Origin: Rhodothermales bacterium
GTDB taxonomy: Bacteria; Bacteroidota; Rhodothermia; Rhodothermales; Bin80
NCBI GenBank assembly: GCA_965207385.1
Contig: CBDBLZ010000017.1
Coordinates: 65,090-129,089, forward strand
DNA length: 64,000 nt
Reading direction: 5' to 3'
Part shown: positions 8,946 to 15,916 of the stretch, piece after piece
Layout: each line of letters begins with the position of its first letter
Position numbering within the stretch: the first letter of the stretch is position 1
Notes under the pieces: model-generated
What the model saw: only the letters and a program-made list of their open reading frames with translations
Told to the model about the DNA's origin: nothing
Databases searched by the model: none
Translations under genes and position numbers: made by a program

Positions 8946-10846
8946 GGCCCCGCCTGCTCGCGCATCATTTCCTCCATCAGCTTCAGTCCTTCCTTGATCC
9001 CCTCCTCAGTGATGCCAAGTGTAATCAGCGTGGTATTCCGGCCTTTCGCGACGGCCTGAACACGCTCCCTGGTGCGGTTTCGCATGAAGCCTTCCGGAAC
9101 CCGGTCGAGGCGCGCCTTGGCCTTGGGTGTCCACAGAAAATCGCCATCGGCTATGAGTTCGTCCGTAGCCGGGGCCGCTGGCGCATCCCGCGGTCCGTCG
9201 CCATTTGCACCGGGCGTCTTGAGCGAGCCCCGCTCGGACAGGTGCCTGGTCTCCTCGTACTGGACTTCCGTCACATCCAGCACCATCTGGCGCGTAATAG
9301 TCGGAACGCGCTGCACGCGCGCGCGCTTCTCGATCTGCGCCTTGGCGCGCCGCATCTGGTACCCGTCAGGAACCTTGCGCAATTCCTCCCTCGCATCCCT
9401 TGTCCACTTCAGCTTTACGTCGTCGAATGTGGCACTCTCCCTGACACCACCTTCCAGCTGCCGGAGCTGCTCTATGGCCTGCTTATCCAGCTTCTGGAAC
9501 GCCTCCCGCGCCGATCCGCACACTGCGCAGCGTACCGGTTCAAAATCACGGGCTGCATAGCCGCACTGCGCGCATATGTAGGTCACGGAATCAGAGGCCC
9601 GAATCTCTTCGGCCGCCGCATCCTCGGCAACTATGCCCATCTTGACCATAGAAGACCGGGGCAGGATGTTGCCCATAGCCTGCTCTACGATCTTGCGCGT
9701 TATGACGCTGTGGCCCCGCTCCATGGCCCACCTGTGAATCGTGGTCCGCGCTATGCCACGCGCAAAATCCGGCGCCGTATTCAAGAGTCGCGTTGCCGGC
9801 TCCGTCCATAGCATCGACGCTTCGGCCGCCACGTCCACGGGCGGCGTAAACCGCTGACTCGAAAGCAATATGTTGCACGGCGCCTGCCGAAGCAGGTTTT
9901 CCGTGTTGCTGCCGATGTCCATGTCGGTGTCGCTGTGCACGCCAATGCGGCCGAGCACCAGGAGCCAGGGCTGTTCGCGGCGCACGTACTGGAGCAACTT
10001 CTCGAAGGCCTTGCCGTCCAGCAGCGTAATCTTGAGGTCCGCTCCTTCTTCCTCGGCAATTTGCCGCGCCACCTCCAGGTGAGACTGGTAGATCTTCGCC
10101 AGGCCCGTATCGATTACTTCCTCGTGCAGCTGTTCCTGCTCCTTGAAGCGAAATACCTTGGATGCCTTCTCGGTGAGCACGTTCACGATGCTGTTGAACA
10201 TCGCATAGTGCAGGTACGGGTCATACACCGATACCGCTTCAACCTGCCGGCCCGTGGCGCGTCCAAGCTGCAGCGCCGTCCTGAGGCCCGCGAAAGATTC
10301 CGGACTACCGTCGATGCCCACCACAATGGAGCCCTTCTCGAGGCTCTTTTCGGGCTCCAGCCGCTTGATCACCAGCGTGTCCGTCCGCACGCGGCGGGTA
10401 ACGCGCTCGCAGACGCTGCCTAGCACACTGTCCTTGACCGCTCCGAGGCCCAGGGCGCCCAAAACGACCAGATCATAGCCGCTGTCTTCGATGTCCTTGA
10501 CAATGACCTTCCAGTTCTTGCCGTCATACATTTTGGGTTCAAAAGGCACACCCGCTTCGCGACAACGCTGGTCGGCAACCACGAGATAGGAATCGGAAAT
10601 CAGCTCCAGGCCCATCGTGATCAGCGTGTCATGAATCTTGCGCTGCTTCTCCATGGCATCTTCCAGCAGATACTCCTCCGGAAGCGTGTACTCCATTTGC
10701 TTGAACCGGTAGTCATGCATGCGCGCAGCGTAGGCATGGCTGCCGGTAATCGAAGCGCCAAACTCCCTGGCGAGCTCGACGGCCATGTCCACGGCGCAAA
10801 TCGAATGCTCCGAATTGTCTACCGGAACGAAAATATTCTTGTACAT
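8942..10846 (-). CDS. multidomain protein: USP-USP, PCP_red-like, CxxC-x11-CxxC zinc ribbon, PCP_red-like, PCP_red-like
   Basis: ORF 8942..10972 trimmed to MYKNIFVPVDNSEHS (ATG at 10846). Two universal-stress-protein-like halves (VVLGALGLGAVKDSVLGSVCERV; LVLGRIGVHSDTDMDIGSNTENLL) come first. Then follow WTEPATRLLNTAPDFARGIARTTIHRWAMERGHSVIT, YICAQCGYAARDFEPVRCAVCG, WTRDAREELRKVPDGYQMRRAKAQIEKRARVQRVPTIT and WTPKAKARLDRVPEGFMRNRTRERVQAVAKGRNTTLIT. Confidence 0.7.
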   Translation of the reverse strand: MYKNIFVPVDNSEHSICAVDMAVELAREFGASITGSHAYAARMHDYRFKQMEYTLPEEYLLEDAMEKQRKIHDTLITMGLELISDSYLVVADQRCREAGVPFEPKMYDGKNWKVIVKDIEDSGYDLVVLGALGLGAVKDSVLGSVCERVTRRVRTDTLVIKRLEPEKSLEKGSIVVGIDGSPESFAGLRTALQLGRATGRQVEAVSVYDPYLHYAMFNSIVNVLTEKASKVFRFKEQEQLHEEVIDTGLAKIYQSHLEVARQIAEEEGADLKITLLDGKAFEKLLQYVRREQPWLLVLGRIGVHSDTDMDIGSNTENLLRQAPCNILLSSQRFTPPVDVAAEASMLWTEPATRLLNTAPDFARGIARTTIHRWAMERGHSVITRKIVEQAMGNILPRSSMVKMGIVAEDAAAEEIRASDSVTYICAQCGYAARDFEPVRCAVCGSAREAFQKLDKQAIEQLRQLEGGVRESATFDDVKLKWTRDAREELRKVPDGYQMRRAKAQIEKRARVQRVPTITRQMVLDVTEVQYEETRHLSERGSLKTPGANGDGPRDAPAAPATDELIADGDFLWTPKAKARLDRVPEGFMRNRTRERVQAVAKGRNTTLITLGITEEGIKEGLKLMEEMMREQAGP

Positions 10847-10919
10847 GAGACCTCCTGGCACCTCGCGCGGCCTTGTCATACCGCCAAGTCCGACGAATGT
10901 GGCAATGGTATGGGACTTG

Positions 10920-11258
10920 TCAGTAGATGTAGGCCATGCGCTCCTGCACGTAGTTGAGTCTGTCCATGACATAGCTCAGCTCGGCGCTGTCCATTTCGCC
11001 GTGCACCAGCGCTGTTGCAAGAATCGCTGAAGCCAGGTGACGCGAGCAGCCGGATACCTCCTGGAGGCGCGCCCTGGCGACGCAGTCGACAAATCTCCGA
11101 AGCTCAAATCTGGCCCTGACCAGAGTATTGCGCTGTTCGACGGCGAGGTCCGGCTTCTCGAGAATGCCGGCGAGTCGCGTGATCTCCAGGGCCAGAATGG
11201 AGGGCGTCATCTGCTGAAACTCCTTCCAGCTCAGGAACTGGATTTCATTTTCAACCAT
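10920..11258 (-). CDS. hypothetical small, probably helical, protein
   Basis: ORF 10920..11321 trimmed to MVENEIQFLSWKEF (ATG at 11258). This start overlaps the ferredoxin stop by 1 nt (TGATG). Confidence 0.5.
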   Translation of the reverse strand: MVENEIQFLSWKEFQQMTPSILALEITRLAGILEKPDLAVEQRNTLVRARFELRRFVDCVARARLQEVSGCSRHLASAILATALVHGEMDSAELSYVMDRLNYVQERMAYIY

Positions 11259-11446
11259 CACACATTCTCCGTCTCCTCTTCGACCGCTACGATGGCATCG
11301 AACTCGCACATCACCAGACATTCTTCAAAGTCGCAGCACGTGTCATCAATCACGTAGACGGGATCGCCCTCGGAAATGGCCGATATAGGACACACGTCGA
11401 TGCACATGTCGCACGCCGTACAAGCTTCGGTAATCGTATACGGCAT
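11258..11446 (-). CDS. small 4Fe-4S ferredoxin
   Basis: 62-aa ORF with CTACDMCIDVCP (CxxCxxCxxxCP) plus a second Cys cluster, CCDFEECLVMCE. It lies 5 nt downstream of the radical SAM gene. Confidence 0.8.
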   Translation of the reverse strand: MPYTITEACTACDMCIDVCPISAISEGDPVYVIDDTCCDFEECLVMCEFDAIVAVEEETENV

Positions 11447-11451
11447 GGCTG

Positions 11452-12687
11452 CTAGACGAGGTGCTTCGGGGCCTCAATCTCTGCCGCCTCCTGGACAAAG
11501 CGGCTGTTTCGCGTCATGCCGGAAAGCGCGCCCGTCATCACAGCCGTGGTGATGCAAGAGAGTCCGTGCCGCTCTGCGTATGCTTCCACGCCCTTGCGCG
11601 TCTTTTCGCGGATGAAGGCGATGGGAATGCGTTCCAGCCGCCGGAGCGCAGGCTCGCCCCAGACCATCGCCGTCTTCGGCAGTGACCTCCCCGCGGGCTG
11701 GTACCTGCAGGCAGGATCCTCCTCCAGATAGTCTCCCGTCATGGCATATGCTCGGCACCGACAGCCCCCGCAAATCTCCTTGAACTCGCAGACCCCGCAG
11801 CGACCCTTGAGGCGGCCTGCGTCACGCAGATCGCGGAAAACCGGTGAATTCTCCCAGATGTCCGTAAACGACCGCTCAAGAACGCTGCCTCCCACCGCAG
11901 TCATGTACGGACACGGGGTAACGTCCCCCTCCGGCGTGATGCGACAATACTGGGTTGCCGCCATGCATCCTCCACTTTCGAGGCCGGCCAGTCCCCTGTC
12001 GTAGGCGATCTGCTTGAACTGCGGCGCACACTTGGAGCGCACCAGCATCGGTCTGTAGTCATCCTGCATGTCGACCAGGCGCTCAAGCATAGCCTCCGTC
12101 CGCGCTGCCTTCAGTTCAGACATGCCCTGACCCCGGCCCGTCTGCACCAGGAAGTACAGGTTGAAAGCCCAGGCTCCCTTTTCTCTTGCAAACGAGAGCA
12201 ATGCGGGGATTTCGTCGTAGTTCTCCTCCATGACGGTCGTCTGCACGAGAACCTCGAGACCGTGCCTGCGGCACGTGTCGATGGCGCGCACGCTGTGCTG
12301 CCAGGCATTTGGTCCGCCGCGAAAGCTGTTGTGCCGCTCAGGATCGATGGAGTCGATGCTGATGCCCACACCCTTTATGCCACAATCGACCATCCGGCCT
12401 GCTACACGGTCGGTTACCAGGACGCCATTGGTGCCCATGACCACCCAGATGCCCTTCCCGGAGGCCCGCTCGGCGATCGCAAAGATATCCCGACGAAGCA
12501 GCGGCTCCCCGCCCGTCAGGATCAACATCTCCGTGCCGAGCGCCTCCATCTCGTCCAGGAGACGGAGACACTCCTCCGTGGTCAGTTCACGCTCCGCCTT
12601 GCGCCCTGCCGACATGTAGCAGTGCGGACAGCGCAGGTTGCACTTCTTGGTCAGATTCCAGGAGATGAGGGAAGGCTTGTACTTCAC
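11452..12687 (-). CDS. radical SAM / SPASM-domain enzyme with a C-terminal PCP_red-like domain (NirJ/AhbD-like architecture)
   Basis: ORF 11452..12897 trimmed to the in-frame GTG at 12687 (V/M-KYKPSLISWNLTKKCNLRCPHCY, i.e. CxxxCxxC). It has LTGGEPLLRRD and GTNG, SPASM cysteines CGVCEFKEICGGCRC, and the tail VWGEPALRRLERIPIAFIREKTRKGVEAYAERHGLSCIT. The longer ORF would overlap the upstream gene by 180 nt. Confidence 0.8.
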   Translation of the reverse strand: MKYKPSLISWNLTKKCNLRCPHCYMSAGRKAERELTTEECLRLLDEMEALGTEMLILTGGEPLLRRDIFAIAERASGKGIWVVMGTNGVLVTDRVAGRMVDCGIKGVGISIDSIDPERHNSFRGGPNAWQHSVRAIDTCRRHGLEVLVQTTVMEENYDEIPALLSFAREKGAWAFNLYFLVQTGRGQGMSELKAARTEAMLERLVDMQDDYRPMLVRSKCAPQFKQIAYDRGLAGLESGGCMAATQYCRITPEGDVTPCPYMTAVGGSVLERSFTDIWENSPVFRDLRDAGRLKGRCGVCEFKEICGGCRCRAYAMTGDYLEEDPACRYQPAGRSLPKTAMVWGEPALRRLERIPIAFIREKTRKGVEAYAERHGLSCITTAVMTGALSGMTRNSRFVQEAAEIEAPKHLV

Positions 12688-12716
12688 AGCGCTGGTAGCG
12701 GCAATGACACGCGCTG

Positions 12717-14255
12717 CTAGACCTTCCTTTGGCGCCACCGAACCAGGCCAATCAGCCCGATCTCGACAAGCAGCACGACAAGCGCCCATGTGGCCATGGG
12801 GCCCGCTGCAGAAGTGGTCTCCAGTGGCGCCAGGTACACGTGATACCAGGCAGACAGTCCGCGCTTGTTGCCGCGCTCGCCACTCGCGCCGTCCCATACA
12901 GAGAACGAGACGGGCGTAAAGGCGCTCTCGGCGAAATATAGCCCGCTTGGCCGCTCGCGCGCGCCCTTGAAGATGACGGTCCAGACGCCGTCACCATACT
13001 GCAGGTAATGCTCAAGTACCTCGTCTGACTCCGCTATGGAGCCCGACCCCGACCCGATGAGAACTTGCGCCTCTTCTGCTGCCATGTCGGCAAACCAGAT
13101 GGCCATGGGGTTCCTGTCGTCCCCAAACATGAAATAGGGGCGCTCGAGTCCCTCGGGTGTGGTGGCGGGCAATAGCAGGGCCACGGCGTCGGAATACAAC
13201 AGGCTGTCGGGGGCCGCCGTTGAATCAAACGGCGGCACCGCCATGGCCGGATGGTTCGAACCTGTTGCCTCAGCCGTCATGTCGTGCCACGAGAGCATGA
13301 AGGCAATGTCATCCTCGTTGTAGACGGCACTGACCGAAACGCCGTTTACACCGGGATAGAAGGACCGGCCCGGCTCAATGACCTGTGCCACGATGGGGAA
13401 ATAGGCCGTCGGGGCACCGTCAAAGAGCGCCGGCCCGCGCGTGATATCAAGCTCCTCGCTGAGGCCCAGACCTTCCACCACCGTTCCGTATTCGGGCTCA
13501 TCGCGCGATAGTGACCACACGTAGTCTACCAGCGCCCAGCGGTCCTCCTCCTCGATCGTCTGGGCATAGGAAGGCATCGGAGTGCCGTTTAGCCCCGTGG
13601 TAAACGTGCGGTACACGTCTTCGCGCGTCGGGCTCGCCCGGAATGTCCAGCGCTTGGTCAGGTCAGCCGGACGGATGGGGTATCCCCAATCGTCCACGAG
13701 ATCCGGTGCGGAAAACCCGTTTGCGCGACCGTTGTCACCGTGGCAGTCGGCGCACTGGTTGGCTTCGTACACTTCGCGTCCTCGCTCCAGCCTGCCCTCG
13801 TCAAAGGGCGGGGCATCGGGCACCTCCATTACCTGGGGCGTACCGTAGGGACCGGCAAAGGCCGGCTCGAAAGTCTTGATGTAGTATGCCAGATTGGTGA
13901 TCTCCGACTCGCTCAGGATTCCCTCCCAGGCCGGCATGCTGGTATAGGGCATGCCCAGGCGTATGCTGCGCGCAATGTCCTCCGTGGTCGGAAGCTCACC
14001 ACTGGCCGTGGAGCGAAACTTGAAGTTTCCCGAAGCAAAATCGCGCGGCGTCGGGCGCACGTACTGCGTTGCCACGGCCACTGCATCCCCTTCGGAGCCG
14101 TGGCAATGGGCACACTTAGCATCATACACCTCCTTGCCGGCAGAGCGCTGCTGCTCAGTACCCAGGTCGGGTTCCTGGGCAAACGCCACGGACGCCCACA
14201 ACAGCGCGCCAAATGCTAGGGCGGCAGTCCTCATGGTGCCATATCTCCTCATCAA
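12717..14255 (-). CDS. dihaem cytochrome c fused to an EB_dh/DOMON-like domain (tentative), with a C-terminal TM anchor
   Basis: 512-aa ORF with a signal peptide (AFGALLWASVAFAQE), CAHCH and CADCH sites, and MPAWEG. The C-terminal half is beta-rich (SVSAVYNEDDIAFMLSWHD...VSFSVWDGASGERGNKRGLSAWYHVYL). The final segment is hydrophobic (WALVVLLVEIGLIGLV). The start overlaps the upstream stop by 4 nt. Confidence 0.7.
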   Translation of the reverse strand: MMRRYGTMRTAALAFGALLWASVAFAQEPDLGTEQQRSAGKEVYDAKCAHCHGSEGDAVAVATQYVRPTPRDFASGNFKFRSTASGELPTTEDIARSIRLGMPYTSMPAWEGILSESEITNLAYYIKTFEPAFAGPYGTPQVMEVPDAPPFDEGRLERGREVYEANQCADCHGDNGRANGFSAPDLVDDWGYPIRPADLTKRWTFRASPTREDVYRTFTTGLNGTPMPSYAQTIEEEDRWALVDYVWSLSRDEPEYGTVVEGLGLSEELDITRGPALFDGAPTAYFPIVAQVIEPGRSFYPGVNGVSVSAVYNEDDIAFMLSWHDMTAEATGSNHPAMAVPPFDSTAAPDSLLYSDAVALLLPATTPEGLERPYFMFGDDRNPMAIWFADMAAEEAQVLIGSGSGSIAESDEVLEHYLQYGDGVWTVIFKGARERPSGLYFAESAFTPVSFSVWDGASGERGNKRGLSAWYHVYLAPLETTSAAGPMATWALVVLLVEIGLIGLVRWRQRKV

Positions 14256-15079
14256 TGCGGCATGCCCTGAGCGCGCGGCTCAAAGCCGGTGTATTCGTAA
14301 AGAAAAATGATCACGTCCCAGATTTCCTCCTCCGTCAGGAATAGCTCCCAGGCCGGCATGGCGCTCGACCATGGCGTGGACTCCGACGGCAGTCCGGGCG
14401 CTCCCTTGGCAATGCGCCAGAACAGATAGGATTCCTGCAGCATGGCGATGGTGGTGGCATCATTGAAGTTTGCCGGAATGGGATCATATCCGTGTGCAAA
14501 CATGCCCGCTCCTTCCATGTTGTCGCCGTGGCAGTAGAAGCAGTTCTGGAAGTATATGCGGCGCCCGTTCAGGACGTGACGCTCAAAAGCCTCCGGATCC
14601 GACGTCTCGAGCTCCCGGTAGGGATTGACTTCCGTGGCGAGGTTGATCGACCTGCCCTGGAAATTGATGGATCCGGGCGGCGGCGGGTGTATGGTGCGAG
14701 CACTGACAGGCGGCTGTGGCGGCTGCGACATGTCGGAGTAGACCTTGAGCGCCGCAAACAACGGAAGTGCCAGCGTCACCATGAGCAGCGACCAACGGTA
14801 CTTGGGAAGGACGAGGAAATTGACGGCGGAAGTCCGGGCCGAGGCCAGCTCTTCCACGTCGGCTGCCAGGTACGTTGCAAGCGCGAGCGTGATGATCGCC
14901 ATGAAAAGCACGATGATCGAGCTTGGAAGCGGAGGATTGACGCCGAAGCTGAGCCCCAGATACACGGCAGCCCACCATAGGGCAATCCACGCAAGGCGGT
15001 TCAGCTTCAGCCACCGGGTTACCACCAGCTGGATCAGAACCAGTGCAGCGGCAATGCCAAGTACGACTAGCGTATTCAT
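14252..15079 (-). CDS. membrane-anchored monohaem cytochrome c
   Basis: 275-aa ORF with about four N-terminal hydrophobic helices, then CFYCH and SSAMPAWE. Confidence 0.75.
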   Translation of the reverse strand: MNTLVVLGIAAALVLIQLVVTRWLKLNRLAWIALWWAAVYLGLSFGVNPPLPSSIIVLFMAIITLALATYLAADVEELASARTSAVNFLVLPKYRWSLLMVTLALPLFAALKVYSDMSQPPQPPVSARTIHPPPPGSINFQGRSINLATEVNPYRELETSDPEAFERHVLNGRRIYFQNCFYCHGDNMEGAGMFAHGYDPIPANFNDATTIAMLQESYLFWRIAKGAPGLPSESTPWSSAMPAWELFLTEEEIWDVIIFLYEYTGFEPRAQGMPH

Positions 15080-15088
15080 GTAGCCTGC

Positions 15089-15883
15089 CTATAAGGCAGC
15101 CAGGTAGTCGATCAGAATCTGCAATTCTGCCGCCGAGACCTGCTCATGAAACGAGGTCGCGGTCATCATGGCTGACATGACGCCTGCGGCAAACCCCTCC
15201 GTTACGGTCGCGTCCGGGTCCACGATGGATTCGTACAACTCGCCACGGCTCAGCCGACTGCCAACGCCTGCCAGCGTGGGACCGGCACCGACAGCGCCAT
15301 CCAGCGTGTGGCAGGTGTTGCACAGATACGCCGTGAAGAGGGTCTCCGCATCGCGCGGCTCACCCGCTGCCACTGCCGCAGTCGGAGCCGCTGCGGGCGC
15401 GATCTGGCCTTGCCATTCCAGTTCGGTGTCCATGGTCACCGACGGCGTGCCGCCAAGCGACTGCAGATAGGCGATGACAGTCAGAATCTCCGTGTCCGTC
15501 AGTGATATCGGCGGGCGCGCAACGTTGGGCATGCCGGCCACAAAACCCTCCACGACGTAGGCGTTGGGATCGTACATGGACTCCGCCAGATAAACGACGT
15601 CGCTTACTCCTTCCTCCCGCTCGGCAGCGATGGCGCCGATGCCAGCCAGGTCAGGAAAACGGAGCCCCGTCCCGGATTCGCCTACGGTGTGGCATGTCAG
15701 GCACGTTCCCTTGCCCGCTGCAATTTCCTGGCCTACGGCCACCATTTCCTCCGTAGTAAGATTGGCGCCGATCACGATATCCTCGGGCGGATCCGTTCGC
15801 TTCTGCGGTACCCACAGACTGACGTACCAGTAGAAGGCCGATACGATGATCGTAAAGCCGAATATTTGAAGGGCGTGTTTCAC
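15089..15883 (-). CDS. membrane-anchored dihaem cytochrome c
   Basis: 264-aa ORF with an N-terminal TM helix (IFGFTIIVSAFYWYVSLWV) and CLTCH and CNTCH sites. Confidence 0.8.
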   Translation of the reverse strand: MKHALQIFGFTIIVSAFYWYVSLWVPQKRTDPPEDIVIGANLTTEEMVAVGQEIAAGKGTCLTCHTVGESGTGLRFPDLAGIGAIAAEREEGVSDVVYLAESMYDPNAYVVEGFVAGMPNVARPPISLTDTEILTVIAYLQSLGGTPSVTMDTELEWQGQIAPAAAPTAAVAAGEPRDAETLFTAYLCNTCHTLDGAVGAGPTLAGVGSRLSRGELYESIVDPDATVTEGFAAGVMSAMMTATSFHEQVSAAELQILIDYLAAL

Positions 15884-15916
15884 TGCTACTGATGCCTGGC
15901 AGCCGAGGGCTTCGTC

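Noticed and set aside
12688-12897. 70-codon N-terminal extension of the radical SAM ORF
   Set aside because: It would overlap the upstream cytochrome gene by 180 nt and is Arg/Cys/Gly-rich. The GTG at 12687 gives a typical short leader before CxxxCxxC.
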